Part shown: positions 16,891 to 26,893 of the stretch, piece by piece
Position numbering within the stretch: position 1 is the first letter of the stretch
How the letters are laid out: each line of letters begins with the position of its first letter
NCBI GenBank assembly: GCA_030591685.1
Contig: JAUVAX010000007.1
Span: 1-64,000 of the forward strand
DNA: 64,000 nt
Source of the DNA: Pseudobdellovibrionaceae bacterium
Lineage (GTDB): Bacteria; Bdellovibrionota; Bdellovibrionia; Bdellovibrionales; UBA1609
Reading direction: 5' to 3'
Notes under the pieces: model-generated
Seen by the model: only the letters and a program-made list of their open reading frames with translations
The model's database searches: none
Told to the model about the DNA's origin: nothing
Made by a program: the position numbers and the translations under genes

Positions 16891-18185
16891 TAACTCGCTA
16901 CACCCGTAAAGAAATGGCAGAGGTTTGGTCATTAGAGTCTAAATTTCAAAGCATGTTAGATGTAGAAATTGCTGTGGCAGAGGTCCAGGCCCAATTAGGT
17001 ATTATACCAAAAGTTGCGGCAAAGGACATAAAAGCTAAATCAAAGTTTAATGTTCAGCGTATTGAAAAAATAGAGCAAACAACAAGACATGATGTCATCG
17101 CTTTTGTTACAAATGTGGCTGAGAGTGTGGGCAAAAACGGGCGCTTTATTCACTTTGGTTTAACGTCTTCTGATGTATTAGATACGGCTCTGAGCTTGCA
17201 AATAAAAAAGGCTTCAAAAGTTTTACTAAAATCCATATCAAGGTTTGAGAAGGCGCTACTGACTCAAATCAGAAGGCATAAATCAACCCTTTGCACCGGT
17301 CGCACGCATGGCATGCATGCCGAGCCTACAACCTTTGGCATGAAGTTATGCGGTATACTCTCAGAGCTTCGCCGAAATAAAGTTAGATTTAATCAAGCCG
17401 TCGATCAAATACAAATCTGTAAGCTAAGCGGGGCCGTTGGTACCTATTCGGCCCTATCACCACAGGTCGAAAGAAAAGTGGGCCAAAAGTTAAAATTAAA
17501 GCCAGAGACCATAGCCACTCAGGTAATCCCTCGAGATCGTCACGCTGAACTTATGCATGTGATGTGTTTACTAGGGGCTGGGGTTGAGCGCCTCTCAGTT
17601 GAGTTGCGGCACTTACAAAGAACTGAGGTCGGTGAAGTTTCAGAGGGGTTTTCAAAGGGGCAAAAGGGCTCAAGTGCTATGCCTCATAAAAAAAACCCTA
17701 TCAGTAGTGAAAACCTAACCGGCGCGGCCAGAATGCTCAGGAGCTTTGTCGCCGCCTCTTATGAAAACATCGCCCTATGGCACGAACGTGATATTAGTCA
17801 TTCGAGTGTTGAGAGGGTATTTTTACCCGACGCCTTTATGTTATGTGATTATGCCATAGACCGAATGGCTGGAGTTGTTGAAAACCTGGTTGTTGATAAA
17901 AAAAGAATGTTAAAAAATATGGATATTTCTCAAGGGCAACTTTTTAGCTCCCACGTATTATTAGAGCTTGTCAATCAAGGGTACTCCCGCGAAGAGGCCT
18001 ATAAGCACGTTCAAAGAGTGAGTCACTCACTTATAGAGGGTGAGAATTTAAAGGGTAAGCTACTCACGGATAAACTGTTAAAGAAACATTTAAATCATAA
18101 AAAAATAAATGATATATTTTCAGGCAAAACCCACATAAAAAATATTGAAAAGCACATTGGTGCTTTTTTAATAAAAAAAGGATAA
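16887..18185 (+). CDS. purB: Adenylosuccinate lyase
   Basis: TRHDVIAF, GRTHGMHAEP, GSSAMPHKKNP, HERDISHSS. Confidence 0.98.
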   Translation: MITRYTRKEMAEVWSLESKFQSMLDVEIAVAEVQAQLGIIPKVAAKDIKAKSKFNVQRIEKIEQTTRHDVIAFVTNVAESVGKNGRFIHFGLTSSDVLDTALSLQIKKASKVLLKSISRFEKALLTQIRRHKSTLCTGRTHGMHAEPTTFGMKLCGILSELRRNKVRFNQAVDQIQICKLSGAVGTYSALSPQVERKVGQKLKLKPETIATQVIPRDRHAELMHVMCLLGAGVERLSVELRHLQRTEVGEVSEGFSKGQKGSSAMPHKKNPISSENLTGAARMLRSFVAASYENIALWHERDISHSSVERVFLPDAFMLCDYAIDRMAGVVENLVVDKKRMLKNMDISQGQLFSSHVLLELVNQGYSREEAYKHVQRVSHSLIEGENLKGKLLTDKLLKKHLNHKKINDIFSGKTHIKNIEKHIGAFLIKKG

Positions 18186-18190
18186 ACAGT

Positions 18191-18922
18191 GTGAGTTACA
18201 AAAAGGGTGAATTTTTATACGAAGGCAAGGCGAAGACCATTTATAGTGTGTTGTCTGATGAAAATTTCGTGTGGTTGGAGTTTAAAAACTCCTTAACGGC
18301 GTTTAATGCTCAAAAAAAAGGTGAGTTTGAAGGTAAGGGTAAAATTAACCTAGAAATTACAAACCATATCTTTAAATATTTACAATCTAACGATATTAAA
18401 ACTCACTGGGTTCAAGAAATGAGCGAAAGTGAAGTTGTGTGTCAAAAATTAAGTATTATCCCCCTAGAGGTCGTTGTACGAAATATAACAGCCGGATCAT
18501 TGGCTAAAAAGTTTAATTTAAAAGAGGGTGTTCAGTTAAAAAAACCACTCGTAGAGTTTTTTTATAAAAAAGATGAGTTGGGTGACCCCTTTATAAGCGA
18601 CGAGCAGGCCTTAGTTTTAGGGTTTGTTGAGTCGCAAAAAACATTAGATGATTTAAAATCAAGGGCATTAAAAATAAATGAGTTATTAATTCAGTTTTTT
18701 GATAAATGCGAGATTTCATTAGTGGATTTTAAATTAGAGTTTGGCTTTGATTTAAAAAATAATATTTTACTGGCCGACGAGATCACCCCTGACTCTTGTC
18801 GCTTATGGAATAAAAAAACAGGTGAAAAAATGGACAAAGACCGATTCAGACAAGATTTAGGTTTAGTTAAAGAAAGCTATGAAGAGATATTATTAAAAAT
18901 CCAACAAAACTGGAGTTTATAA
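18191..18922 (+). CDS. purC: SAICAR synthase
   Basis: LYEGKAK, PLEVVVRN, DFKLEFG, LADEITPDSCRLW, DKDRFR. Confidence 0.98.
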   Translation: MSYKKGEFLYEGKAKTIYSVLSDENFVWLEFKNSLTAFNAQKKGEFEGKGKINLEITNHIFKYLQSNDIKTHWVQEMSESEVVCQKLSIIPLEVVVRNITAGSLAKKFNLKEGVQLKKPLVEFFYKKDELGDPFISDEQALVLGFVESQKTLDDLKSRALKINELLIQFFDKCEISLVDFKLEFGFDLKNNILLADEITPDSCRLWNKKTGEKMDKDRFRQDLGLVKESYEEILLKIQQNWSL

Positions 18923-19159
18923 ATGATCGTAGGGGTAAAGATTTTACCAAGAGAAGAGGTTTTAGACTCTCAGGGCCGAGCTGTTGAAAACACCTTGCAA
19001 CAGCATAACTACACTATAAACGGCTGTCGAGTGGGCAAATATATACAGCTCAACGTTGAAGCCTCTACAGAGGATGAAGCCTTAAAAAAAGCCAAAGAAA
19101 TAACAGAATTTGTATTAATTAACCCACTTGTAGAGACCTTTCAGCTGGAGATCGTATGA
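18923..19159 (+). CDS. purS: FGAM synthase subunit PurS
   Basis: VLDSQGRAV, RVGKYI, LINPLVE; 78 aa between purC and purQ. Confidence 0.95.
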   Translation: MIVGVKILPREEVLDSQGRAVENTLQQHNYTINGCRVGKYIQLNVEASTEDEALKKAKEITEFVLINPLVETFQLEIV

Positions 19160-19800
19160 AACGAGTCGGCGTTGTTCGTTTTTTAGGGACTAACTGTGAC
19201 CGAGATGTTTTTAAGGCTATAGAGCAGGTCGGCCATACGCCTGAGTGGTTATGGTATGAAGACTCTTTTGAGGTTTCTAAATATGAGGCCTTAGTCATAC
19301 CTGGTGGGTTTTCTTACGGTGATTATTTACGAAGTGGTGCTTTGGCGGCAAAAGCTCCTGTTATGAACTCAGTGAGTGAGGCGGCAAAAAAAGGAGTCCC
19401 CATTTTAGGTATTTGTAATGGCTTTCAAATACTATGTGAGGCGGGTTTGTTGCCTGGAGTTTTGATAAAAAATGAAGGTTTAAGATTTATTGATCAGTGG
19501 GTAAAATTAAACTTACAAACCCCTTTAAAATCATGGGGGGGCAGTGAAATAGATAAATGCGAGATACCTATAGCTCACGGCGATGGATGTTATTTTTTAG
19601 AGCCAGAGAGTTTAAAAAAAGTGATGGATCAAGATCAGATTTGGATGACCTATGATAAAAATCCAAACGGTTCAGTGGCTGACATTGCAGGGGTTACGAA
19701 TAAAAATAAAAATGTAGCGGGTCTAATGCCTCATCCTGAAAGAGCGATGTGGGACTGGATGGGTAGCTCGTCGGGAACAAATTTTTTTGAATTCATTTAA
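19156..19800 (+). CDS. purQ: FGAM synthase glutaminase subunit PurQ
   Basis: PGGFSYGDYLR, GICNGFQ, MPHPER. Confidence 0.98.
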   Translation: MKRVGVVRFLGTNCDRDVFKAIEQVGHTPEWLWYEDSFEVSKYEALVIPGGFSYGDYLRSGALAAKAPVMNSVSEAAKKGVPILGICNGFQILCEAGLLPGVLIKNEGLRFIDQWVKLNLQTPLKSWGGSEIDKCEIPIAHGDGCYFLEPESLKKVMDQDQIWMTYDKNPNGSVADIAGVTNKNKNVAGLMPHPERAMWDWMGSSSGTNFFEFI

Positions 19801-19811
19801 AAGGGTAAAAA

Positions 19812-22001
19812 ATGCAATCATTAAAGAAAAATTTAAAGCATTATAGGTTGAGCGAAAAAGAATACGAAAAAATAGTCACCTGTTTAGGTCGTGCGCCCAA
19901 AGGGGTTGAGTGGGCTATATTTTCAGCCCTTTGGAGTGAACACTGTAGTTATAAGAGCTCTAAGGTGCATTTAAAAAAATTTTACTCTAAAAACGAGCGA
20001 GTCAAAGAGAGCTTTGGTGAAAACGCTGGTGTTATTGATTTAGGGGACGAAGAGTCTGTTGCTTTTAAAATGGAGAGTCATAACCACCCCAGTTTTATTT
20101 CGCCCCACCAAGGGGCCGCCACGGGAGTGGGGGGTATATTAAGAGATATATTCACTATGGGGGCTCGACCCATTGCTCTTGGTAACTATCTTTGCTTTGG
20201 AGAGGCCACCGAGAAGCACATGCCCCATATTGTAGATGGTGTTGTGAGAGGTATTGCTGACTACGGCAACTGTGTTGGTGTGCCCATGGTGACAGGTCAA
20301 ACAGAATTTCATAAAAGCTATAACCAAAATGTTCTGGTGAATGCTTTTGCCTTAGGCTATTTTGGGCCAGAGCAAAAGGTGTGTACCTCCGGGGCACATG
20401 GTGTTGGTAATTTAGTTGTGTACGTCGGTGCTAAAACAGGGCGAGATGGGGTACATGGGGCCAGTATGGCCAGTGAATCTTTTGATGATGACAGTGAAAG
20501 TAAAAAGCCAACCATACAAATTGGCGACCCATTTTACGAAAAACTTTTAATAGAAAGCTGCCTTGAGGTAATGAAGCATAACCTCGTTGAGGCCATTCAG
20601 GACATGGGGGCTGCTGGTTTAACCAGTTCGGCATTTGAAATGTCAGCTAAGGGTCAGGTGGGTGTTTCTATGCACTTAGATAAAGTCCCCCTGAGAGACT
20701 CAAGTTTAACACCTGAGGAGATTTTACTCTCCGAGAGTCAGGAGCGCATGCTATTAATTTGCCGCCCTGAAAACTTGGATCAATTAAAAAAAATATTTCA
20801 TCACTGGAGTTTAGATGCCGAGGTTGTCGGTGAGGTTTTACCAACACCCAATGTGGACCTTTATTGGGATAATAAAATTATATGTAGCTTAGACCCCTCA
20901 GCCATTGTTGACAGTGCTCCGATTTACAATAGAGCTTATGAGCCATGGGAGTTTAAAAACAAAGTCACTGACTTAACTAAGCTTCATGTTGAGGACCCCG
21001 AAAACACATTTAAAAACATACTTAAGAGCTTAATGGGGGCCGAAAAAAGTTGGATTTATAATCAGTATGACCAAAGAGTCGGCGCTGCGACAGCAAGGGA
21101 CTGCTCTGAGTCTGTAGGGGTGGTTGTGCTGCCTTCGAAAAGAGCCCTCGGAATAGTTTTAGGTTGTAGACCTTATTTAATGAGAATGGATGCTAGTATC
21201 GGAGGCATGGATGCCGTTTTTCACCCCTCATTACAGTTAGCACTAAAGGGTTTTACAGCTTTAGCGGTCACGGATTGTTTGAATTTTGGCAACCCTGAAA
21301 AATCAAACATTATGAGTGAGTTTGTAGCCTCAGTTGAGGGCATGAGTGAGGCCTGTGAGGCCATAGATGCTCCTGTTATAAGTGGTAATGTGAGTTTTTA
21401 TAATGAAACAAAAACGACAAATATCACCTCAACTCCTTCCACAGGGGTGGTGGGGCTGAAGTCCTCTTTAAATAATATACCCACTGATCAATTTAAATCT
21501 TCTGGGGAGTTAATTTATTTATTAAAATTAGATCAAGTTAAAACCCTCGGGGCGGCTTGCGAGGTTTTAAACAGAGCCCCGCAGTTTAAAGGTGAGCTAG
21601 ATGTAAAAGTGATTAATGAATGGTTAGGGTTTATTAGAAAAACGGTTCAAGAGGTCCCAATATCTTCGTCAAAAGCTGTGGGTAAATTTGGGTTGGCCTA
21701 TTCAATTTTTCGTATGACGAGTGAAGGTATAGGAGCGCAGATTAAACTACCTGTTGGTTTTGAAGCTAATGATTTGTTTAACGAAACCCTTTACCAGGCC
21801 ATCGTTACGATCTCCCCTAGCGAAAAGCAGTCCTTAGAGACAATGCTAAATAATATAAACCTAAAAAACTTCACCTACCACTTCGTAGGTGAAACTGGTG
21901 GGGATGATTTTAAAATTGAGGGACTCATTGATTTAAAGTTAAAAGATCTTAAAAATAAATATTCAAACTCGTGGGGTAAAAACTTTGAAACATTGGCGTG
22001 A
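19812..22001 (+). CDS. purL: FGAM synthase subunit PurL (small type)
   Basis: WSEHCSYK, ESHNHPS, DMGAAG, SESQERM, DCLNFGNPE, GNVSFYNE. Confidence 0.98.
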   Translation: MQSLKKNLKHYRLSEKEYEKIVTCLGRAPKGVEWAIFSALWSEHCSYKSSKVHLKKFYSKNERVKESFGENAGVIDLGDEESVAFKMESHNHPSFISPHQGAATGVGGILRDIFTMGARPIALGNYLCFGEATEKHMPHIVDGVVRGIADYGNCVGVPMVTGQTEFHKSYNQNVLVNAFALGYFGPEQKVCTSGAHGVGNLVVYVGAKTGRDGVHGASMASESFDDDSESKKPTIQIGDPFYEKLLIESCLEVMKHNLVEAIQDMGAAGLTSSAFEMSAKGQVGVSMHLDKVPLRDSSLTPEEILLSESQERMLLICRPENLDQLKKIFHHWSLDAEVVGEVLPTPNVDLYWDNKIICSLDPSAIVDSAPIYNRAYEPWEFKNKVTDLTKLHVEDPENTFKNILKSLMGAEKSWIYNQYDQRVGAATARDCSESVGVVVLPSKRALGIVLGCRPYLMRMDASIGGMDAVFHPSLQLALKGFTALAVTDCLNFGNPEKSNIMSEFVASVEGMSEACEAIDAPVISGNVSFYNETKTTNITSTPSTGVVGLKSSLNNIPTDQFKSSGELIYLLKLDQVKTLGAACEVLNRAPQFKGELDVKVINEWLGFIRKTVQEVPISSSKAVGKFGLAYSIFRMTSEGIGAQIKLPVGFEANDLFNETLYQAIVTISPSEKQSLETMLNNINLKNFTYHFVGETGGDDFKIEGLIDLKLKDLKNKYSNSWGKNFETLA

Positions 22002-23364
22002 AGAGTGTGCTGTATTTGGAGCCTGGGGGGACCCAGAGTCCAGTCAGATGACTTACCTAGGGCTCTACGCTCAACAGCATCGAGGTCAAGAGTCTACAGG
22101 CATAGTGAGTTTATTTGAGGGTCAACATATTACTCATAAAGGGTTAGGCCTTGTGGGTAAGGTGTACAAAGAAGATGATTTAAAACGCCTTAAAGGGGAC
22201 GGCTCTATAGGGCACGTGCGCTACTCGACAATGGGGGATAATTATTTAGAAAACGCTCAACCTCTGACGGCCACATTAACTTATGGGCCCATTGCCATTG
22301 CTCATAATGGCAATATTATAAATGCTAATGCTTTAAGAGAAGAACTTATTTCAGACGGGGCTATTTTTCAGGGCACTAACGACACCGAGGTGCTATTGCA
22401 TTTGCTGGCTCGAAACCCCAAGGGGAACTTTCGTGAGTCTTTAAAGCACTCATTGTCTCGCCTTGAGGGGGCGTTTTCAATTGTTATATTAACCTCTAAG
22501 GGCCTTGTTGCCGCAAGAGACCCGTTAGGGTTTAGGCCTTTAGTATTAGGGCGAAGAAGCCTTGATAATGGTAAAAAAAGTATTGTAGTCGCCAGTGAGA
22601 CCTGTGCTTTTGACCTTATAGGGGCCGAATATGAAAGAGAAATAAACCCTGGTGAAATTTACTGGGTCACTGACGAGGGAGAGGGTTCTGAGCTATTCTC
22701 AGAGAACCCAAAAAAAGCCCAGTGTATTTTCGAACACGTGTATTTTTCAAGGCCAGACTCTGTTGTGTTTGGTAAAAATGTTTACGAAACCCGTAAGCAA
22801 ATGGGGCGTTGCCTTGCTAAGGAAGCTTCTGTTAACGCTGATTTAGTCATTCCGGTGCCTGACAGTGGAGTGCCTGCAGCCATTGGTTACTCTCAAGAAA
22901 GCGGCTTGCCCTTTGAGTTTGGTATTATTAGAAACCATTATGTGGGTCGAACGTTTATTCAGCCCAGCCAAAGCATACGTAGCTTTGGAGTTAAAGTAAA
23001 ACTAAACCCTCAAGCTGAGGTGTTAAAAGGCAAGAGCGTTGTCGTTATTGATGATTCTATTGTGCGAGGGACGACGAGTAAAAAAATCATTCAGTTAATA
23101 AGAAACGCTGGGGCTAAAGAGATTCATTTTAAAGTGGCCTCCCCCCCCACGACAGGTTCTTGTTACTATGGCGTGGATACGCCTAGGCGAAAGCAATTGA
23201 TTGCTTCTGAAAAGTCCTTAGATGGGATTAGGGAGTTTATAGGGGCTGACACACTCTCTTATTTAAGTATGGATGGGATGCTCGAAGCCGTAAGCGGGGA
23301 CAAAAACAAATTTTGTGCCGCCTGTTTTGATGGTGAATACCCAACAAAACTTTATAATAAGTAA
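21985..23364 (+). CDS. purF: Amidophosphoribosyltransferase
   Basis: Short propeptide then CAVFG, QHRGQE, GHVRYST, AHNGN, DDSIVRGTT, Fe-S Cys motifs CIFE, CYYG, CAAC. Confidence 0.98.
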   Translation: MKHWREECAVFGAWGDPESSQMTYLGLYAQQHRGQESTGIVSLFEGQHITHKGLGLVGKVYKEDDLKRLKGDGSIGHVRYSTMGDNYLENAQPLTATLTYGPIAIAHNGNIINANALREELISDGAIFQGTNDTEVLLHLLARNPKGNFRESLKHSLSRLEGAFSIVILTSKGLVAARDPLGFRPLVLGRRSLDNGKKSIVVASETCAFDLIGAEYEREINPGEIYWVTDEGEGSELFSENPKKAQCIFEHVYFSRPDSVVFGKNVYETRKQMGRCLAKEASVNADLVIPVPDSGVPAAIGYSQESGLPFEFGIIRNHYVGRTFIQPSQSIRSFGVKVKLNPQAEVLKGKSVVVIDDSIVRGTTSKKIIQLIRNAGAKEIHFKVASPPTTGSCYYGVDTPRRKQLIASEKSLDGIREFIGADTLSYLSMDGMLEAVSGDKNKFCAACFDGEYPTKLYNK

Positions 23365-23532
23365 TTTTTTTTAAAAGTTATTATTGATGTGTTTTCAAAG
23401 CGCCTCCCAAGGGAGCTTTATAACTCTATTATTAATAGCCACTTTTTTAGTGTTGAAGTTTTCTGGTTTTAAAAATTATTAAATACTCAAAAAAAAATAG
23501 TGTGAACACGTGACTTTAATAACCGAGTTTAT

Positions 23533-24297
23533 TTACCAAAGTGTAAACCCGGAGTGAAGACTAAAAAATAGGTTATTTTTATTTTGCGTAAAATTTGACG
23601 GGAAATTTTCAAACTCTAACTCTTGGTTTAAAATTTGATTGTAGCCCACTTCAAATTTAAAGTTCAGCGTGGTGTTTCCGAGGTCTCCTATTTTTATTCG
23701 ACCTATTTCGGCCCCTAAAATATAATCAATGGCTTTATGTTGCGAGCGCATGTTGTTGTTTGAGGTGGGGGCTCCCTCTCTACAAAGTGCTCCTTGGAGG
23801 TTTTCACACACGATATGCTGGTATCCGTCTCGCCTTTGAAGGCTTGAGTAAAGAGTGATATCGACGCCAAAAAGTTGGCCCATTTTTTTGGCAGCAAAAA
23901 CCTGTACTCCCCAAGAGCTATTAACACCAATAAAGGCACCCATGCCGGCTTTTGAGTCGTCGTTAAACCAAGCATCATATTGGGTGCCAATCCCATCAGT
24001 CATAGCATATATATAATAATCATTATTAAATCGGTAATGAGTGCCGAGGGTTCCTATAAGTGTCGGTCGGTCGGGTTTAAATACATAACCATCACTGAGG
24101 GTGATACTCACGTCATCGTCAACGCCAGCAAAGCGTATCCAGTAGGGGTTTGACGGGCTTTTAGTTTGTGGGGTGATTTCAGCAAACACAGGTAGGTGAG
24201 GGGAGCGAATGTTTTTTCTTGTTAAAGGGACCTCGCAACCTGTTTGCAGAAAACCAACACATAAGAAAAAGCATAAATATTTTATTACCATATCCAT
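23533..24297 (-). CDS. Hypothetical lipoprotein / outer-membrane protein
   Basis: Hydrophobic leader ending LQTGC; beta-rich; C-terminal FTLW; overlaps upstream PAP2 gene. Confidence 0.6.
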   Translation of the reverse strand: MDMVIKYLCFFLCVGFLQTGCEVPLTRKNIRSPHLPVFAEITPQTKSPSNPYWIRFAGVDDDVSITLSDGYVFKPDRPTLIGTLGTHYRFNNDYYIYAMTDGIGTQYDAWFNDDSKAGMGAFIGVNSSWGVQVFAAKKMGQLFGVDITLYSSLQRRDGYQHIVCENLQGALCREGAPTSNNNMRSQHKAIDYILGAEIGRIKIGDLGNTTLNFKFEVGYNQILNQELEFENFPSNFTQNKNNLFFSLHSGFTLW

Positions 24298-25175
24298 TTT
24301 AACCCCATCATTGGTGTAGAGTTACTGCTTATGATCGGGATAAACTGTGGTGTTAAGAGAGAAGCCTGAGGTTTTTTCTTGTGGTTTCTGCGCGTAATTA
24401 CGTTGGCAAACATTTGTCCCAGGGCTAAGCCTATGGGGTAATCACTAATCCAATGTAAACTTGTACCCACGAGTCCAACAGCAATAAGCCCTGTTATGGG
24501 GTAGCCTACCCAGGGGATCCAAGGAACATGATTGTAGTTGTCCCATATAATTAAAAACGTGGCATACGCCGTAGCTAAATGGCCAGAAGGTACGGCATCG
24601 TATTTTTGCACATTTCGGTGGTAAATACCCTGTTCAGGGAAGGGGACCCAGTTGCCAGTACGGGTTGAGGTTCTTAGTGGGGCCTCTCGGCCAGTCACAT
24701 GTTTCATGAGTTGTACGACAGCCCCAGTGGCTAAAATAACCTCTGTGATTTGTTGGGCCGTTCGTAAGGCTAAGTGATCATCGGCGACGGCCCCATAAGC
24801 TCCAAAAACACCCGCTAAAGAGAATTGAAAAAATCCATCCCCAGCACTTACAAAATGAAAGTTCATCACTTGCATAGAGCGGCTATCATCGTGCATGTCC
24901 TTGAAGTACTGCCAGCTTTCGTAATCAGTGGCAACGGTAACAGCTGTCCAGGCCATGACATTCCAAAAGGCTGAGCGATTTTTGGGGTCAACAAGGTCAT
25001 TTTTAAATAACATCCAGTCTTCGGGTAGGTTTTTAAAAGAGTCTAAAAACCCAGGGACTATAATGTCCTCATTTTTTGGCGGATAATCAGCCGCTACAAT
25101 AGGTTTGATAAAAAACAAGAGTACAGCCCCAAAAAGGATTGTTTGTTTAATCAATGTTAAAATTGTTTTTGCCAT
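24285..25175 (-). CDS. PAP2 superfamily protein (motifs partly degenerate)
   Basis: KHVTGREAP, PSGH, HWISD. Confidence 0.8.
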   Translation of the reverse strand: MAKTILTLIKQTILFGAVLLFFIKPIVAADYPPKNEDIIVPGFLDSFKNLPEDWMLFKNDLVDPKNRSAFWNVMAWTAVTVATDYESWQYFKDMHDDSRSMQVMNFHFVSAGDGFFQFSLAGVFGAYGAVADDHLALRTAQQITEVILATGAVVQLMKHVTGREAPLRTSTRTGNWVPFPEQGIYHRNVQKYDAVPSGHLATAYATFLIIWDNYNHVPWIPWVGYPITGLIAVGLVGTSLHWISDYPIGLALGQMFANVITRRNHKKKPQASLLTPQFIPIISSNSTPMMGLKWIW

Positions 25176-25828
25176 ATTAATCCGCCGCCATCACTAAGTG
25201 CTACTGGGGTTATGTTTGAATGTTGATTTTCATGTACAGCGCGGGCCCAAAAAACACCGATAGTGGCCCCCATTAATATATCACTGGGCCAGTGGGCATT
25301 CGCGTCGAGCCGTTGAAGGGCCACTAATAGGGCAATGGGGTATGCAATACTAGCGGCTTTCCAGCCGTACTCATAAGTTAGTGCTGTGGCTGTGGCAAAA
25401 GCTGTTGAGGTGTGGCCTGAGGGCATAGAGTGCCCGCCGCCATTGGGACGGTCCCTGTTAATGGCGGCTTTAAGTAGTGCTGTTGACACCCCCGTGTAAG
25501 TAATCGTGGCGAGATGAGAGAGGGCTTCACTATGGTGTTCAAAAAAATAATACTGACTGACGGCAATGGCTACGCCTGGGATGCCGGTCCCTAAAAAATC
25601 ACCGGCATCGTTTAAGTCTTGCGAGAGGTTTATGTTATTTTGTATAGACTTTAAGTGTGCGGGGTCAGAACCCTTGAGTAAGCTTGCCGCAGCGATGCCA
25701 GAAAAAAGTATAGTAAGCCCTCGGGAGTCTGTGGCCTTTATAAGTGTTGGTTTGATGCTCTCTTGCCACACTTGAGCTTTCGCCATAAGAGGCAGCATAC
25801 AGCAAATTATAATGAGTCGTTTGTACAT
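25157..25828 (-). CDS. PAP2 family phosphatase
   Basis: KAAINRDRP, PSGH, RLDANAHWPSD, all three motifs intact. Confidence 0.9.
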   Translation of the reverse strand: MYKRLIIICCMLPLMAKAQVWQESIKPTLIKATDSRGLTILFSGIAAASLLKGSDPAHLKSIQNNINLSQDLNDAGDFLGTGIPGVAIAVSQYYFFEHHSEALSHLATITYTGVSTALLKAAINRDRPNGGGHSMPSGHTSTAFATATALTYEYGWKAASIAYPIALLVALQRLDANAHWPSDILMGATIGVFWARAVHENQHSNITPVALSDGGGLIWQKQF

Positions 25829-25981
25829 CCTGAGTCCCTAAAATTGAAGAGCTAAGGTTGCCTTAAAATTTGATTTATGTAAACCCTGTTGGTATCCCTA
25901 ATGGCTCTTTGCATTACGTGATTAAAGAGGTGCAAACTGTGATACTCTGTACCGGTATTTAGTTTAATTAAGGGGGGCTTT

Positions 25982-26893
25982 ATGAGTGCGTGGCGAGGTA
26001 TAAATGCGGGAGACACCATTGACTTAGTCGCACCGGCCTCTCAATGCGATAAAGCTCTTTTACAAAGAGGTATAAAAGTTATTGAGTCTTGGGGCTTAAG
26101 GGTTCGTGTTTCTAAAAAGATTTTCGCCTCTCACCCTTACCTGGCTCAATCTGACGAACAAAGGTTTGAGCTTCTAAAAGAAGCCATTTTAAACCCAGAG
26201 TCTAAAGTCATTTGGGCTGTCCGGGGGGGGTATGGATGCTCACGAATTGTTGAAAAATTAAGCAAATTAAAGCCAAAGACTCCCAAAATATTTATAGGCT
26301 ACAGTGATAACTCATGGCTTCACCATATGTTTAATGAGCTATGGGGATGGCAGGGGCTGCACGGCCCTCTTGTTGCTGAGCTTGATAGTGGTAAGCTTTT
26401 AAAATCAAACTTAAAAGCATTAAAAAAATACTTACTAGCCCCTGAGTTAAAAACAACTTATGGGGGGTTAAGGTTGCTTAATAGCGTTGATAAAAAAATA
26501 ATCAAGGGCCCTATTGTGGGTGGTAATTTATCTGTTTTACAAACAACATTGGGCACTTCAAGGCCCTTTAATTCACGAGGTAAAATAGTTTTCTTTGAGG
26601 ATGTGGGCGAGAGGGGCTATTCGGTGGATAGGATACTCACTCATTGTGCGCAAGCCGGTGTTTTTAAAGGTGCAAAGGCTATAATTTTTGGCGAGTTCAC
26701 AGGGGCTCAAGAGCCTTCAGGTAAGACTTATATTAAAAAGGCACTCACTGAGTTTTCTAAAGAGTTTAAAATCCCTGTTTTAACAGGTTTAAAGGTGGGG
26801 CATGGCCCACATAATCACCCCATTCATTTATACAAAAAGGCTCAAATTAATTTAGGCCAAAAATCAGTTCTTTCGGTGTTCAATGAGTCATAA
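25982..26893 (+). CDS. ldcA: LD-carboxypeptidase (peptidase S66)
   Basis: RGGYG, GYSD nucleophile, GGNL, FFEDVGE, GH. Confidence 0.9.
   Translation: MSAWRGINAGDTIDLVAPASQCDKALLQRGIKVIESWGLRVRVSKKIFASHPYLAQSDEQRFELLKEAILNPESKVIWAVRGGYGCSRIVEKLSKLKPKTPKIFIGYSDNSWLHHMFNELWGWQGLHGPLVAELDSGKLLKSNLKALKKYLLAPELKTTYGGLRLLNSVDKKIIKGPIVGGNLSVLQTTLGTSRPFNSRGKIVFFEDVGERGYSVDRILTHCAQAGVFKGAKAIIFGEFTGAQEPSGKTYIKKALTEFSKEFKIPVLTGLKVGHGPHNHPIHLYKKAQINLGQKSVLSVFNES

Noticed and set aside
23141..23148. C8 tract in purF (also G8 at 26223-26230 in ldcA) as phase-variation sites
   Set aside because: Both are in frame and encode conserved motifs (SPP, RGGYG).
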